From assembly GCF_004010195.1 (NCBI RefSeq), contig NC_057750.1:4001371-4038523 (forward strand): DNA of 37,153 nucleotides, written 5' to 3'. The notes beneath the pieces were generated by a model, which searched no databases, had not been told where the DNA came from, and saw nothing but the letters and a program-made list of their open reading frames with translations. Shown piece after piece: positions 1 to 12,160 of the stretch. This stretch comes from Chiloscyllium plagiosum. Lineage: Eukaryota. The position numbers were made by a program, and so were the translations under genes. Positions within the stretch are counted from its first letter, which is position 1. Each line of letters opens with the position of its first letter.

Positions 1-190
1 CACCCTCCTCTCGCTTATCTCTCCATGCTTCAGGCTCTCTGCCTTTATTCCTGATGCTTTATTCCTGATGAAGGGCTTTTGCCCGAATCGTCAGTTTTGC
101 TGCTCCTTGGATGCTGCCTGAACTGCTGTGCTCTTCCAGCACCACTAATCCAGAATCTGGTTTCCAGCATCTGCAGCCATTGTTTTTACC
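1..190 (+). mobile_element. Penelope-like element terminal fragment with hammerhead-like core
   Basis: CTGATGAagggc-tttt-gcccGAA(t) then ..ggatgctgcctgaactgctgtgctcttccagc..; same family as 2299-2433 (reverse). Confidence 0.65.
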
Positions 191-829
191 TAGTCCCACA
201 ATAACCAGCTTTGTCAGGCACCTGGACCCTTAAATGAACCAAGTACAAGAGAGTCCTCTAGGATGTAGGAGCCATCGCAGCTATCAGGGTAGCAGGCACA
301 CATCTCTAGGAAATGTTAACAGTGACCACAGATCACCTGCACGTTAATGGAATGTAACACTTCCAACTGATTAATTCCCAATGTTGTGATACGGCCATCT
401 CAGTGTGACCTGTGACAGTTGATTGCACCCAACACATGGGGGAAGCCATGTATGTTTCCTATTTCCCCGGCTGCAGCACTAATCTCATCACAGGAACAAA
501 ATCATCAAGTGTTACCTTGCATCGTTCACTGCTCTGATGCATCACTGAGAGACACACTGGTCCCATCATTCTCATGGAAGGAAGGAGTCACACACAAGTT
601 CAAAGTGACTGCCACCTTCATAGATACCAGGAGAGAATGGCCTCCTGCTCCTGTGGCCATCAGGTACTGCTGTCGCAGCCACCACTTTCTGTCAGAGGGT
701 CCCAGGATTTATAGATCCTATGTTGACATTGTGCCACATTCAATCGGTCCCCATTCCCTTACAATTCTTACCAAATCCTTTTACGTTCCCTCTCTCATTA
801 AAAGCTAATTAGTTTTGGCTGTGACATCC

Positions 830-1145
830 ATGTGATTGGATTTACTGTTGTCGCAAGTACAGTGAAAGTGTTTGTTTTATGTGCAGCACAGGCAGATCAT
901 CACAAATGATACTTAGACAGAGCGAGGCACACAGGGTTACTGCTGCACAGAAGGTGCACAGAGCAAGATCGACATGAGATTTCAAATTTGAGAGGCCCAT
1001 TCAGAGATCAGAACAGCGGAGGAAGAAGCTGTTCTTGAATCAGTTGGTCTGTGTGTTTAAGCTTTTGTATCCCCTGCCTGACAGAAGCAGCTGCAGGAGA
1101 GTATTATTGGGAGGAAGGGGTCGTTGACGTTGGCAGTCATTCCGT
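830..1145 (-). mobile_element. Rex1/Babar-like LINE 3' fragment
   Basis: Homologous to 24895-25260 (gaagaagctgttcttgaa.., gagaaggtgca..). Confidence 0.65.
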
Positions 1146-2160
1146 GGCAATGAGTTGCATAGTTGGAGACCATAGATGGGATCTGCCATCTTACCATCTC
1201 TCACGCCTTTCTCTCAGTGATGGTCTGCAACAGCCATTCACAAGCTTCCCTCAGGTTCCAAGGTCAGAAATTTCCACAAACAGTTGATATGACAAGTCAT
1301 TATACAACACCACTTGTCCTTATGGACAGAGTCATAACCACTTATCACAAACAACCTTTCCAATAACATTTCCAACTGACATCGATACTCCCCAGGTCTT
1401 ATCTAATCTCTGCTTCACCACACCTTAATGTGTGCTTCACTTGATCTTTGCCCTCGGATCTTTGCCCAAGGAAGTAGACTGGAGCCTCAGTTTTACATTC
1501 CATGTGAGAGACGGTATCTCAGACCACGTTGAAGGAGTTGACCCTGAATGAGTGTTGCAAACTGACACATTCCAAGGCCTAGGTCTATGTGCTGAGACAC
1601 ACAGTAAAGCCTGGGGCAGCTGCTGCCAAAGTGCAGTGAGGAAAGACCAATGTGTAAGGTCCTTGCACCAAAGAATAACGGGGGTCCATCCAGTAATCAG
1701 AACCTCCCTGATGCCTGAGCTAAATACCAAGAGTTTATTGGTAAACATAGGCAAAGCTGAAACCAATGTGTTTTCCGCTCCGTCAGTAAAAACAGCACAG
1801 ATCTGAATGGCTTCATGAACTGTGTAGGTACATAAAGATTTCCTTCTATGAGTAAAGTATGTTTTTGAAATAAAAAAATCTCAGATCATGCAGCACTCCC
1901 CACATATTGATTTGTTAGTTTCCAGTCTCGACATGTGTTCAAGTTCCCAACTGGGGTTTGAACTTTGACTCAGTTGCAGTTCCATGGGTGTTATCCGTGT
2001 CCTGAGACATACAACATTCCATTACCCCGGGATGTGAGCACAAAAATCAAGACTAGTGTAGTATCAAAGAAAGTGCCACATTGGCCAATATTACACAACG
2101 GGCTTCTCAGGTGGATGTAAAGGATCCCACTGGACTATTTCCAAGGGGAACTAATCCACA

Positions 2161-2657
2161 ATCATAGAATCCCTACAATGCGGATGCAGGCCATTCGGCC
2201 CATCAAGTCCACACCACCACTCCGAAGAGCATCTCACCCTGTAACCCTGCATTTCCCATGGCTATCCCATACATCCCTGGACACTGTGGGTAATTTAGAG
2301 AGAAAGTGAGGACTGCATGTGCTGGAGAGACAAAGTCAAAAAGCGTGGCACTGGAAAAGCATAGCAAATTGGGCAGCATCCAAGGAGCAGGAGGGTCAAC
2401 ATTTCAGCCATTAGCCCTTCATCAGGAATGTGCAATTTAGCACAGCCAAACCACCTAACCCACATATTCCTGGACATTAGGAGCGGTTTAGCACAACCAA
2501 TCCACTTAACCAACACATCTTTGGACTGAGAGGGAAAACTGGATCACCCGGAGGATACCCACAGCGCCAAGGGGAGAATGTGCAAACTCCTGAGGCTGGA
2601 ATTGAACCCGGTCCCTGGCGCCGTGATGCAGCAGTGCTAACCACTGAGCCACCGTAG
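2161..2657 (-). mobile_element. HE1-like tRNA-derived SINE
   Basis: Minus strand has A box ggtggctcagtggttagc, B box ggttcaattcc, shared core and CR1-like tail; interrupted at 2299-2433. Confidence 0.85.
2299..2433 (-). mobile_element. Penelope-like terminal fragment inserted in an HE1-like SINE
   Basis: Homologous to 60-190; minus strand reads CTGATGAagggctaatggctGAAA; flanked by duplicated aatttag (2292-2298, 2434-2440). Confidence 0.65.
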
Positions 2658-3414
2658 CTCAATTTCACTGCAATAGTTGATTGGCCATCATCACTTGGCT
2701 GCTGGTGGAATTATGCTGTGCACAAATTGACAATTGCTTTTCCTTAGTTACTCAGTGACAGCACTCTGCAAGTATTCAGTTGGCTGCAAAGCACTGAGAG
2801 ATGTTAAAAAGTCATGAAAATCATTACAAAAAGAGCAATCTTTGTTTTAAGAGTCAGGCACATAACTTATCGACTGGAAGTTGAGGTAAAACATCGGCTG
2901 AAGAACACATTATATGGAGCCTGGTTTTTAAAAGTAAAGAAACTGCTCATTTTGAAAGCGAGGAATAGAAGGAAGCCATTCAGCACCTCTAGTCCATTCT
3001 ATCGTTCAGTTAGAATGTGGCTGATGTATTTCGTCATTTCTCCATTTTTTTTCCCTTTCTCCACTACCCTCAACATTCTTAGCCACTAATCCATGGTTAT
3101 AAAATCCTGCGAATAAATGGGTTACAACAGGATCTCAGTGATGAGTCTTGATTTCAGCCTGGTGCGGGAGCTGTTTAATGTTTCATTATTGATCTTAAGT
3201 TACAAGTGTACATTTCTCAGGCTGCATCGCTGAAATTACTCATTTAGCAGATATTTTAAAAATGAATGGATGTGTAACTCAATAAATTATGTTAGTTAAC
3301 ATTTTAATTCCTTGCCATGCCCACTTATTGAACAGATATATTTCAACCTTGATTTAATCTTCATCAATAATTTATGGAGTCTCTATTAAAAATGATGAGC
3401 TGGATTTATATACC

Positions 3415-3790
3415 ACTCTCATGACCTCAAAAGTGCAAAGCCAATTTGCAGACAATGAAGTCACGATCGTAATGCAGAAAACACAACAGCTAATTTATGC
3501 ACAGTAAGCTCCCACAAACACATGTCTGATAAAGATCAGATAACATGTTCAGAATGATGTTGATCTTGACCAAGATCCGGAAGAGCCCAAGTAGCCAAGT
3601 ACCCTCTTTCTGGCCTTAACTTTTCTCTAAGAAAACTCTTCTGCACTTGTGTTAAACAGCTTCCTGGGTTTGTTTTACATAACCACTTATGGGGCGAATG
3701 TGGCTTCAGTCTAACGGCCTGTCCAGGACTCCCCTAGCCTAGTGGGATTCCCTTGGTGCTGCATTGAGTGTGTCAGCCTGGAATACTTGA
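3415..3790 (-). mobile_element. SacSINE1/Deu-like SINE remnant
   Basis: Reverse complement of the same body (gcacagtaagctcccacaaaca). Confidence 0.5.
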
Positions 3791-4524
3791 AGATCTCAAA
3801 CACAACCTTCCGGAGTCAAAGGCAACCAGGAATGCAGCTCACAGAATGATGGCAAATCCAAGAAAATAATATCTATTGTGTCAGTGTCAGGACAATATTG
3901 TTTGGGGATTTTTAAGTGCAACGTTCGTGGGTTTTTTTAAATATGGACATTTATGATGAAATATGGTTGAGGATATAAATTTTCTGACTCTTTGGAACAT
4001 CCTTGTGTGCATTACGCCGAGTCTCAGGAGGGCTCATGGAATGCTGCACTTGAAGAATGCCAAGGGAACTTGGACAGCAACACCTCAAAAGGGAGAGACA
4101 CCATTCAGAAACTGACAGGTGGTCTCCTTTGTACGTAGAGATAATGAGAGACTGAGTACCCTCTCTCAGTAGAAAACAGTCTCCCGTGGGTTGAGCCGCA
4201 GGCTGTAAACATAATAGAAGTTGAGAGAAAGATAGTCTTGAGCAAAAGGCATGTCTGTGTTTAAGCCTTCTAGGAAAATACAAGGAAACGTTTTTAAAGC
4301 AAACCCTTCTGGGTATTGGTGAGCTGATGTATTAATCTTGTGTTTAATTTCCATGGTGCAAAAGTGTGCTATGAAGAGACACAGCTGAGAATTGAACACT
4401 ACGGCATTTGCAGAAGAAGCAATAAAGCCTCTCTAACTGTTAAGAACAAATCAAGTCAGCAAAGCCACAGTTGAAGGAAACTGGACAAACTCCTTTCAGT
4501 TAACAGTAGAACGAATATTATTTT

Positions 4525-4870
4525 TAAATTCATTCACAGAATGTGGGTGTCACTGGCTGGACAAGTATTTCTTGCGCTTCCCCAATTGCCCAGAAGGCAG
4601 TTTCAGGCAAATCACATAACTATGGTTCCGGAGTCACATATAGGCCAGACTGGATAAGGATAGCAGTGTCCATTCCTGAAGGACATTAACAAACCAGATG
4701 GATTTTTTCAGATGATGCCAACACTTTTATGATCATCATTAGACTTTTAATTCCAAATTTTTATTGATTCACATTCCACCATCTGCCTGACATAATTCAA
4801 AAACAGGTCCCCTGAAGATTAGTTGGGTCTTTGGATTAATAATCTAGTGGTATCACCTCTAGGCCCTTAA
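4525..4870 (-). mobile_element. Second tRNA-headed SINE family ('family B')
   Basis: Shared core ggagtcacat.taggccagac..ggtaaggatggcag..cattagtgaaccagatgg, seen in several copies. Confidence 0.7.
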
Positions 4871-5134
4871 TCCCCAAGTGACTACTCAACTGCCAAAGTC
4901 AGCAGTTCACAACTTTCCAGTTGATTCAGCACGGAGACATTTTTGGAAAAACTACATTCTTAGCTTTCACTTTTGCATTTCTGAATCACCTCTCATTTCT
5001 AACGTGTGAATACAGATAGCTTTTAATAGGTTTTATTAACTAATAAGCTCACTCTTTAACTGACGAAAGGGACAAGTCAGAAGTCTAGCCAGCAGTTGAA
5101 ATCGCACAGACACCATGGAGACGAATGACTAAGC

Positions 5135-5467
5135 AGTACGGTGGCTCAGTGGTTAGCACTGCTGCCTCACAGCATCAGGGACCCAGATTCGATTTCACCC
5201 TCAGGCAACTGTCTGTGTAGGGTTTGCACATTCTCCCAGTGTTGGCGTGGGTTTCCACTGGGTGTTCCATTTCCTCCCACAGTCCAAAGACGTGCAGGTT
5301 AGGTAGATTGGGCCATGCTAAATTACCCAGAATTGACAGTGATGCGCAGGCTAAGTGGGTTAGCCATGGGAAATTGGGATAGGGTGTGGGCTGGGATGCT
5401 TTCCAGAAGGTTGGTGTGAAATCAATGGGCTGAATGGCCTGCTTCCACACGGTGAGGATTCCATGAC
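5135..5467 (+). mobile_element. HE1-like SINE
   Basis: ggtggctcagtggttagcactgctgcctcacagc..gtttgcacattctccc..cccacagtccaaagacgtgcaggttagg. Confidence 0.85.
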
Positions 5468-5954
5468 TGGCTTCTACCTCTGTCACTGTTTAAGGGATAA
5501 ATTTGCTGTAACAGTGGGTGGAATTCCTCTGCTTTTCCTTAAATCACTCCATGGAATCTTTTAGTACCCAGCATGGCAGCACTCCCAAGTTCCAACTTCC
5601 CAAAACCAATTTCCTATTTATTTATTAACGCCCGAATGGATATAATCTGAAACCAAATGTCACAAAGTGTGATCACAGCTTCAAATTCAATCCTTAAATA
5701 TATGTTTTTAAGGGAGTGCCTAACAATCACACCTAGCTTGTCGAGCAGCAGCCAAAAAAATCATGGTGTTCAGTAATTACCTGAATCATTAACAACTCTG
5801 ACAACTTGTGCCAAGGATCCTTACTGTTCATGGTGAAAGTTCAAAGCTCACCATTCAATAATGATTGTCGAGAGTTTCTGTTTTGTTAATGTGAACACTC
5901 GCATGTACAGAGATAATGCAAGACATATAAGTGCACATGCACATACAAGATTCA

Positions 5955-6090
5955 TGTAAAAGCCAAATACTGTGGATGCTGGAAGTATGAAATGAAAACA
6001 GAAATTGCTGGAGAAACTCAGCAGGTCTACCAGGATCTGTGAAGAGGGAAACAGGGTTAATGTAGAGTCCTGTATGACTGGTTTTTGCAA
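5955..6090 (-). mobile_element. Degenerate Penelope-type terminal fragment
   Basis: Reverse-complement similarity to 12035-12160 (acagat.ctg..agac.tg.tgagtttctccagcaatttctg). Confidence 0.5.
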
Positions 6091-6564
6091 TGTTAACTCA
6101 GTTTCTCCAGCACTTTCTGCCCCTATTTTATGACTAGACGCACCAGGTATGCATAGAGTCATACACGTATAGTTAGGCCTGAGTCACGTGGACGCACACA
6201 AGACACGTGTCCACAAGAAACTGAGTAAGCAGGCCGCTATTTCACAGCGGTGGGTAACAGATTATGTCAGAATCTCAGAACAACTGCTCTATTCCAGAAC
6301 GTTATGAGGAAATATACCTTTTCTGTAGTGAGTACTGAACATGTGTAAAGGGAACTAGGGCAGAGTGATGCCAGATTACGTGAAACAGAAGCCAGAGTCT
6401 GCTAACCTTGCCGCCTGTGTCTTGTTGTTCCAATGACAAAAAACTCAACTTACTACAGTCCCAGGAATGTGGGGAGGAACAGAAGAGCAAAATGAAAATG
6501 AGGAGAGGTACAAATCTTCCTGAAACAATGAGTTGATTTGAATAGATAAATATGAACAGCATGA

Positions 6565-6835
6565 ACCGTGAGTGTGTGTATGTAAATGCGTGTGTCTGAG
6601 ATACATGTCAACATGCATCCACAAGACAGCATGTGTCTCAGAACGTGCTTCCGTGAGATAGCACGAGAGTCAGAGAGAGTAAGTGTGTTCCATCTCCCTA
6701 AGACAACACATTTGTCAGTGCACATGTGTGCGCATGCACGTGTGTATGCATGTCTGTGTCAGTGAGGGAGAACGTGAGAGTCTGAGACAGCACTTGTGTG
6801 TGCATTCATGTGCACGAGAGAGAGAACACCCTTAT
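6565..6835. repeat. Degenerate (TG)n/(GA)n low-complexity tract
   Basis: Runs of tgtgtg, gagaga and recurring agaca(g)ca..tgt units. Confidence 0.7.
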
Positions 6836-6964
6836 GCATGTGAGCAGGATGACCAGAACTGCACACAGTACTCCAGAAGAAGCCTCACCAATGTCCTTGA
6901 GAAAGGATGATGTAAGGGTGACAAGAGTGGAACATGCTGAGACAGCCAATCTCCCGACAGAAAT

Positions 6965-7148
6965 AGAGTTATAGAGATGTATAACACAGAAATAGACCCT
7001 TCGGTCCAACTCATACCACGAGATATCCTGAACTAATCTAGTCCCATTTGCCAGCACTTGGCCCATATCCCTCTAAAACCTTCCTATTCATATACCCCAT
7101 TCAGAGACCTTTCAAATGTTAGAATTGTACCTCTTCCTCTGGCAGCCA
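6965..7148 (-). mobile_element. CR1/HER1-like LINE 3' end
   Basis: Tail ttggaccgaagggtct.tttctgtg.t.tacatctctataactctat on minus. Confidence 0.75.
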
Positions 7149-7671
7149 TAAGCAGCAGTAATATAAGTGTGGAGGAAGGCCATTTGGTCCATCATGTCAA
7201 TGCCAGCTCTTGGACAGGGCTATACAACTGGATTTTCTCTAAGTTTTCCTGCGTCATCTGGTTTCAGACCATTTTGTCAGAGAAAACAGTTTGCTCCTAT
7301 TTATCTTATTAAAATCCCTCCATTTTCATATAAATGGGCAGTTTTATACTGAAAGAGACTGTTCCTTAGCTGGCCCAAGACTGAAAAAGAAATACCATTT
7401 AATGACAAACCACTTAATTCCTGTTCCTGGAATTTATAATTTTCCACAGATTTAGGAGAGAAAAGAAATAGGGGGAAGCCATTTAGTTCTTACTTAATGA
7501 GATCACATCTGACTTCCAACTTAATTTGTTCCATATCCCTGAATACTTTTGGTTATCAAAAATCTACCAGATTTAAAAATAACACTGATCTAGCCATTGT
7601 TGAAATCGAGCTCCAAACCTCTGACAGCCTTTGTCCCAGAGATCTTCTAAAAGTTCACTCTCAAAGGGGCG

Positions 7672-8335
7672 AGGCAAGGCAGTGGCCTAGTGGTATTATC
7701 ACAGGACTATTCATTCAGAGACCCAGGTAACGCTCTGGGGAGCCAGGTTTGAATCATGCCACCTTAAGTGGTGGAATTTGAATTCAATAAGAGAGTCTCA
7801 CAATGGTCATGAATCCAACATCAATGAATCCACTGGCAACACGGTGGCTCAGTGGTTACCAGGGACCCAGGTTCATTCCATCTTGGGGTGACTATCTGGG
7901 TGGAGTTTGCACATTCTCCCTCTGTTGGTGTGGGGTTCCTCCGGGTGCTCCAGTTTCCTCCCACAGTTCAAAGATGTGCAGGTTAGGTGAATTGGCCAGG
8001 TTAAATTTCCCATGGTGTCCAGGGATAAATAGGTCAGATGCATTTGTCAGGGGAAATATAGGGCAGGGAATGGGTCTGGGTGGGTTACTCTTCAGTGTGG
8101 ACTTGTTGGGCCAAATGGCCTGTTTCCATACTGTAGGGATTCTATGAATTGTTGGAAAACTCTTCCGGTTGACTAATGTCCTTGAGGGAAGGAAACTGCC
8201 ATCTTTACCTGGTCTGATCTACATGTGACTCCAGACCCACAGTAATGTGATTGACTCTTAACTGCAATAAGGGATGGGCTTTTATTGCTGCCCTAGCCAG
8301 TGACACCCACAACCCAAGAATGGGTAGAATAAACA
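7672..8335 (+). mobile_element. Family-B SINE split by an HE1-like insertion
   Basis: A-box-like tggcctagtgg, B-box-like ggtttgaatc; core catgtgactccagacccacag follows the insertion. Confidence 0.7.
7835..8147 (+). mobile_element. HE1-like SINE nested in a family-B SINE
   Basis: Same core and tail; host sequence resumes at about 8148. Confidence 0.8.
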
Positions 8336-9124
8336 GTTTGGCTCGAATTTTTCGATGGTGTCGCTTAACAGTGATGTTAGTTTGAGGGATAAGTCAAGAG
8401 GATCTTCTCTTCCGTTCTTCAAAGTAATTGAAAGATTGGACCTTTTCCTCTCCCGCCCCCAGGGATTGCAGGGGTGACCCCCTGCTGGTCTCACTTTGGA
8501 AACTCAGTACCTCAGACGGTGTTGCACTCCCTCAGGGCAAGGGGGAGCGTTGGCTGGAACTGCTTCTCAAGCCCTGAGTATGTGGGACCTGAACTCCCAA
8601 GGCTATTGAAGAAATGTGAGGGATTAAGGGGAAAGAGGAAGGAGATTGACACAAAATAAACATGCTCAGGAGATGATGCAAGACATGATGGGCCGAATTG
8701 GCCTCCTTCTGTACTGCAACAATTCTGTGATTCTGACAGAAGAACATCCTACTCACTGAGTTACTGCTAACATCTCCTCACTGATTGCTTGTCCGAACAT
8801 TCCAATAGACATCACATAACACACAATGTGCTATAACAAGGAAAGTATGTACCATAAAGAGATAATCTTAAATAAAGCTAGTCCTCAGTAAGTGAGAAAT
8901 ATTTAACCTGACCTTCATCTCTTACCAAAGTGCAATCCCTTTTGGGGAAATGGCTAATTGACAATTACAGGTTAATTATTATCGCCGTGGGAAGCTCAAA
9001 GGTGTTTAGTTGCTGCTTTCTGAAAACATTTAATTCAAATGCACCAGGTGGAAAATTTTTCCACAGCAGCCAGTGAGCTGCGGTAAACTTTGCAAATTGA
9101 GTGATGTGATCAGATCCTGACAGT

Positions 9125-9652
9125 CATGTCTGGAATACTGCATTCAAATCTGGTCTCCCTGCTACAGGAAGGATGCTGCGAAACTTGAAGGGGTTCAGAA
9201 AAGATTTACAAGGGTGTTGCTGGGGTTGGAGCTAAAGGAAGATTGACTGGCTGAGGCTATTTTCCCTCGAGGCCGAGGGGTGACCTCATATAGGTTTATA
9301 AAATCATGAGGGGCATGGATTGGAAAAATAGGCAAGGGGTGGGGGAGTCCAAACTAGAGGGCATAGGTTTAAGGTGAGAGGGGAAAGATTAAAAGGGACC
9401 TAAAGGGCAACCTTTTCACACAGAGGGTGGTACGTGTATGGAATCAGATGTCAGAGGAAGTGGAGGAGACTAGTACAATTACAACATTTAAAAGGCATCA
9501 GGATGGGTACATGAATAGGAATGGTTGAGAGGGATATGGGTCAAATGCTGACAAATGGAACTCGATTAATTTAGGATACCGAGTCAGCATAGATGAATTA
9601 GACTGAAGGGTCTGTTTCTGTGCTGCACATCTTTGTAATGCTATAACTCTAT
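9125..9652 (+). mobile_element. CR1/HER1-like LINE 3' fragment
   Basis: Remnants of LEYCIQ.WSP..RKD..KLE.VQKRFT and FFTQRVVRVWN.LP, plus the 3' tail. Confidence 0.85.
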
Positions 9653-10559
9653 AGCAGCAGCAATGAGGAATGATGGACATGATGGAGATGCAGCTCAGAG
9701 CAGTTGGCAGCAGGAGACTGCTTGCTTGTATGTAAACATTTGAAATATCGTGTTTCAAGGCAACGCGCAATGGAGCTCGCTGTCAAATATTCCATTATTG
9801 TTTCTTTTTAGCATTAATGTGGAAGGTAAACATCCCCACACTCAAACACAGCTCTCCAGAGGATGCTAGAAGATGCTTGAAAGGGCTACATAACTCTGCA
9901 AAAATGCAAGGCGCCCAGAACCAGACAAAGAAACTGGGAAAGGTGCTGCTTAGATCTCTCATACTGAGAATCTTAGAGCAAGGTAACTGGAGACTCAATG
10001 ACTGTACATATTAAGTGGACAGTGTGGCAGTGAGTTACGGATCACTCAGGGAATCAGCGTTATTGCGGTGATATGCACTTTCCATGCAGGCTGTTATCTG
10101 GAGACGTGATAATAATATTCTAGGCAATCCATGGCTGACAAGGAATCTCTCCCAGTCTTACCCCCTGCCGTGGGTGTGTGTTGAAGGATTTACAAGTTCC
10201 TTGACCATCATGTTTTGGAGAGGATTTGAACCTAGAGTATCTGGCTCAGAGGCTGTGATGCTGGTCACTGTGTCACAAGATAAATGGTTCCCCAAATCTG
10301 GTGACAGAGCACCAACACGGATCGCAATGCTAAAATAGGTAGACCATACCCCTGACTCAGATCACTTTCTATGCCAGCTTAGATCCTCAAATTATTAGAA
10401 TGCAATCCCTGCCATCTTCAACAGTTGCATCCATGGGCAATGAGATTTGTTGGGAAGTAGATTAACTCCAAATTAACCAGTGCTAATCAGGAAGTCAAAG
10501 AAATTATTTGCATTATTTGATGTTTTAAAAAAAAAACCTGATTGAAAAGGTTGATGACA

Positions 10560-10635
10560 CACCTCTTGAGCAGGTGGGACTTGAACCTAGGCCTCCTAGC
10601 TCAAAGGCAGGGACACTACCACTGCCCCACAAGCA
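10560..10635 (-). mobile_element. tRNA-like SINE head fragment
   Basis: gcagtggtagtgtccct..ggttcaagtccca on minus; related heads at about 10200-10280, 22205-22265 and 31505-31545. Confidence 0.45.
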
Positions 10636-10834
10636 CCCCTTGCAAATTCTTTTTTAGTTGATCTTGTGCATTGTCTTGGGAGTTTTACCCTAAAGACAGC
10701 TTGTTCATTTATTCTGTTATATTTCCACAACATATAAAAGTTGAATTTTTATCGAGAAATTTGATTTCAGTCATAGAACACCCACGTACCTTCCAGTGTA
10801 ACGTGCCATAGTCCAGGAGTACTACAGGGTTGTT

Positions 10835-11018
10835 CTCTCATTAGAGACAAAGAGACGACTGGTGGTGAGGTTAACCTGAGGGTCACCACACCTCAGGTGT
10901 GGGGGGACATTGGGAAGGAGAGTCCTTCCTGTGAACCTCAGCCGGTGCAGGAATTGAACCCATGCCATTGGGGTCACTCTGTGTTGCAAACCAACCATCC
11001 AGCCAACTGAGCTAACCT
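10835..11018 (-). mobile_element. Short tRNA-derived SINE of a third family
   Basis: Minus strand: ggttagctcagttgg (A box)...gggttcaattcc (B box), no cloverleaf, followed by about 100 nt of body. Confidence 0.55.
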
Positions 11019-12034
11019 GAAAAATTGGTTTCTGGTTGAAACTGGTCCTTCCATTACGTGTTGTGGGACTTAACTTTAAAATAATATACATAATTCAAAA
11101 CTGGGATGACTATCTTCGTCATGAAGTGTCTCCATTGCCATGAACATGCCCTTCCCCTCTCCTACCTTTAACCTCTCCCATCCCACTCTCCCTTCCACCA
11201 CCTCTGACCTCCCCTCGACTGCACCCTCTCCTCCCCCCCGCCATCGTATCCTCAGCAAACGGGTCTTCAGCAACCTACATCCGACCTATCTCCCTGAATA
11301 TCTCCAGATTGTCCTTCAATAGTGCTCAGAATGCACCTCTTTCACCAAACCCTTCTGATCTTCTTTTTTCACTCGGCACTCATCTAATCCTTGAACCTGA
11401 TTGGCAGAGGCCTGTTGTGATGCATTGCCATGTTTACTATACAGTACTGGCATCGAGAGCATAAAAAAAGGAATTAAAGACAAGCTGGTAGAGACACAGA
11501 GAGGATTCACAAGAACGCAGTCCGAAAGGAGAGGTTATAGGTGTCAGGAAATGTAGAACAGACTGAGCCCCTCTTTCTCTGGAAAAAGACTGTAACAAAA
11601 TCTTTAATATTGTTGATTCTTTTCCAGTGCCATACTCCCCATTCCCCATCTGCCTTGTCTCAATCCTATGTTTCATTTTCCATACCTCTGTCTCTAATAG
11701 CATTCTTTTCCAATGCTTTCTGGATTCTATCCTCATGCTCTTGACCAAATGGTACACCCTTAAGCTCAGGAGGCTATCAGTCCCTTAGTGTTTGTGCCAG
11801 GTCTTTGAAAGAGCTATCCCACTGTTTCTGATTTTCTGCTCTTTCCAAATAGTTTTTCAAACCACTATCCCCTATTCAATACTCTAATCCTGTTCCGCAG
11901 CCTCATAATCACCTCCCACCCTCGCTCCAATCCCACATTCCTCAATATAATATCTCTTACCGTAAACACATTAGCTCTGTGCCATTGCCCTAGTTCTGCA
12001 TCAGGGTTTCCTTTTCGGGTTGAATGACCCTTCC

Positions 12035-12160
12035 TCACAACAGGTCACTCGACCTGAAACGTTAACTCTGATTTGTCTCCACAGATGCTGCCAGACTTGA
12101 GCTTTTCCAGCGATTTCTGCTTTTACTTCTGATTTACAGCATCCTGTGATGTTCCAGTTT
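12035..12160 (+). mobile_element. Degenerate Penelope-type terminal fragment
   Basis: caggtc-actc-gacctGAAAcgttaac hairpin plus GAAA, followed by the shared gatgctgcc..ttttccagc tail. Confidence 0.5.

Larger units (their letters stand above)
2105..2830 (+). mobile_element. SacSINE1/Deu-domain-like old SINE, split by an HE1-like copy
   Basis: ggtggatgtaaaggatccca..actatt (2110-2140) and gctgtgcacaaattg..cagtgaca..ttggctgcaaagcact (2715-2795) resemble the Deu-SINE body as I recall it. Confidence 0.55.

Noticed and set aside
419..808. 129-aa plus-strand ORF
   Set aside because: Non-ATG start, no recognisable motif or convincing splice signals.
2430..2530. Tandem ~50-bp repeat (tttagcaca.ccaa.ccac.taacc..aca)
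   Set aside because: Internal duplication of the SINE itself; also visible in the 5135, 13230 and 31644 copies.
5135..5210. tRNA-like sequences with A and B boxes here and elsewhere
   Set aside because: They are SINE heads joined to SINE bodies and do not form a full cloverleaf.
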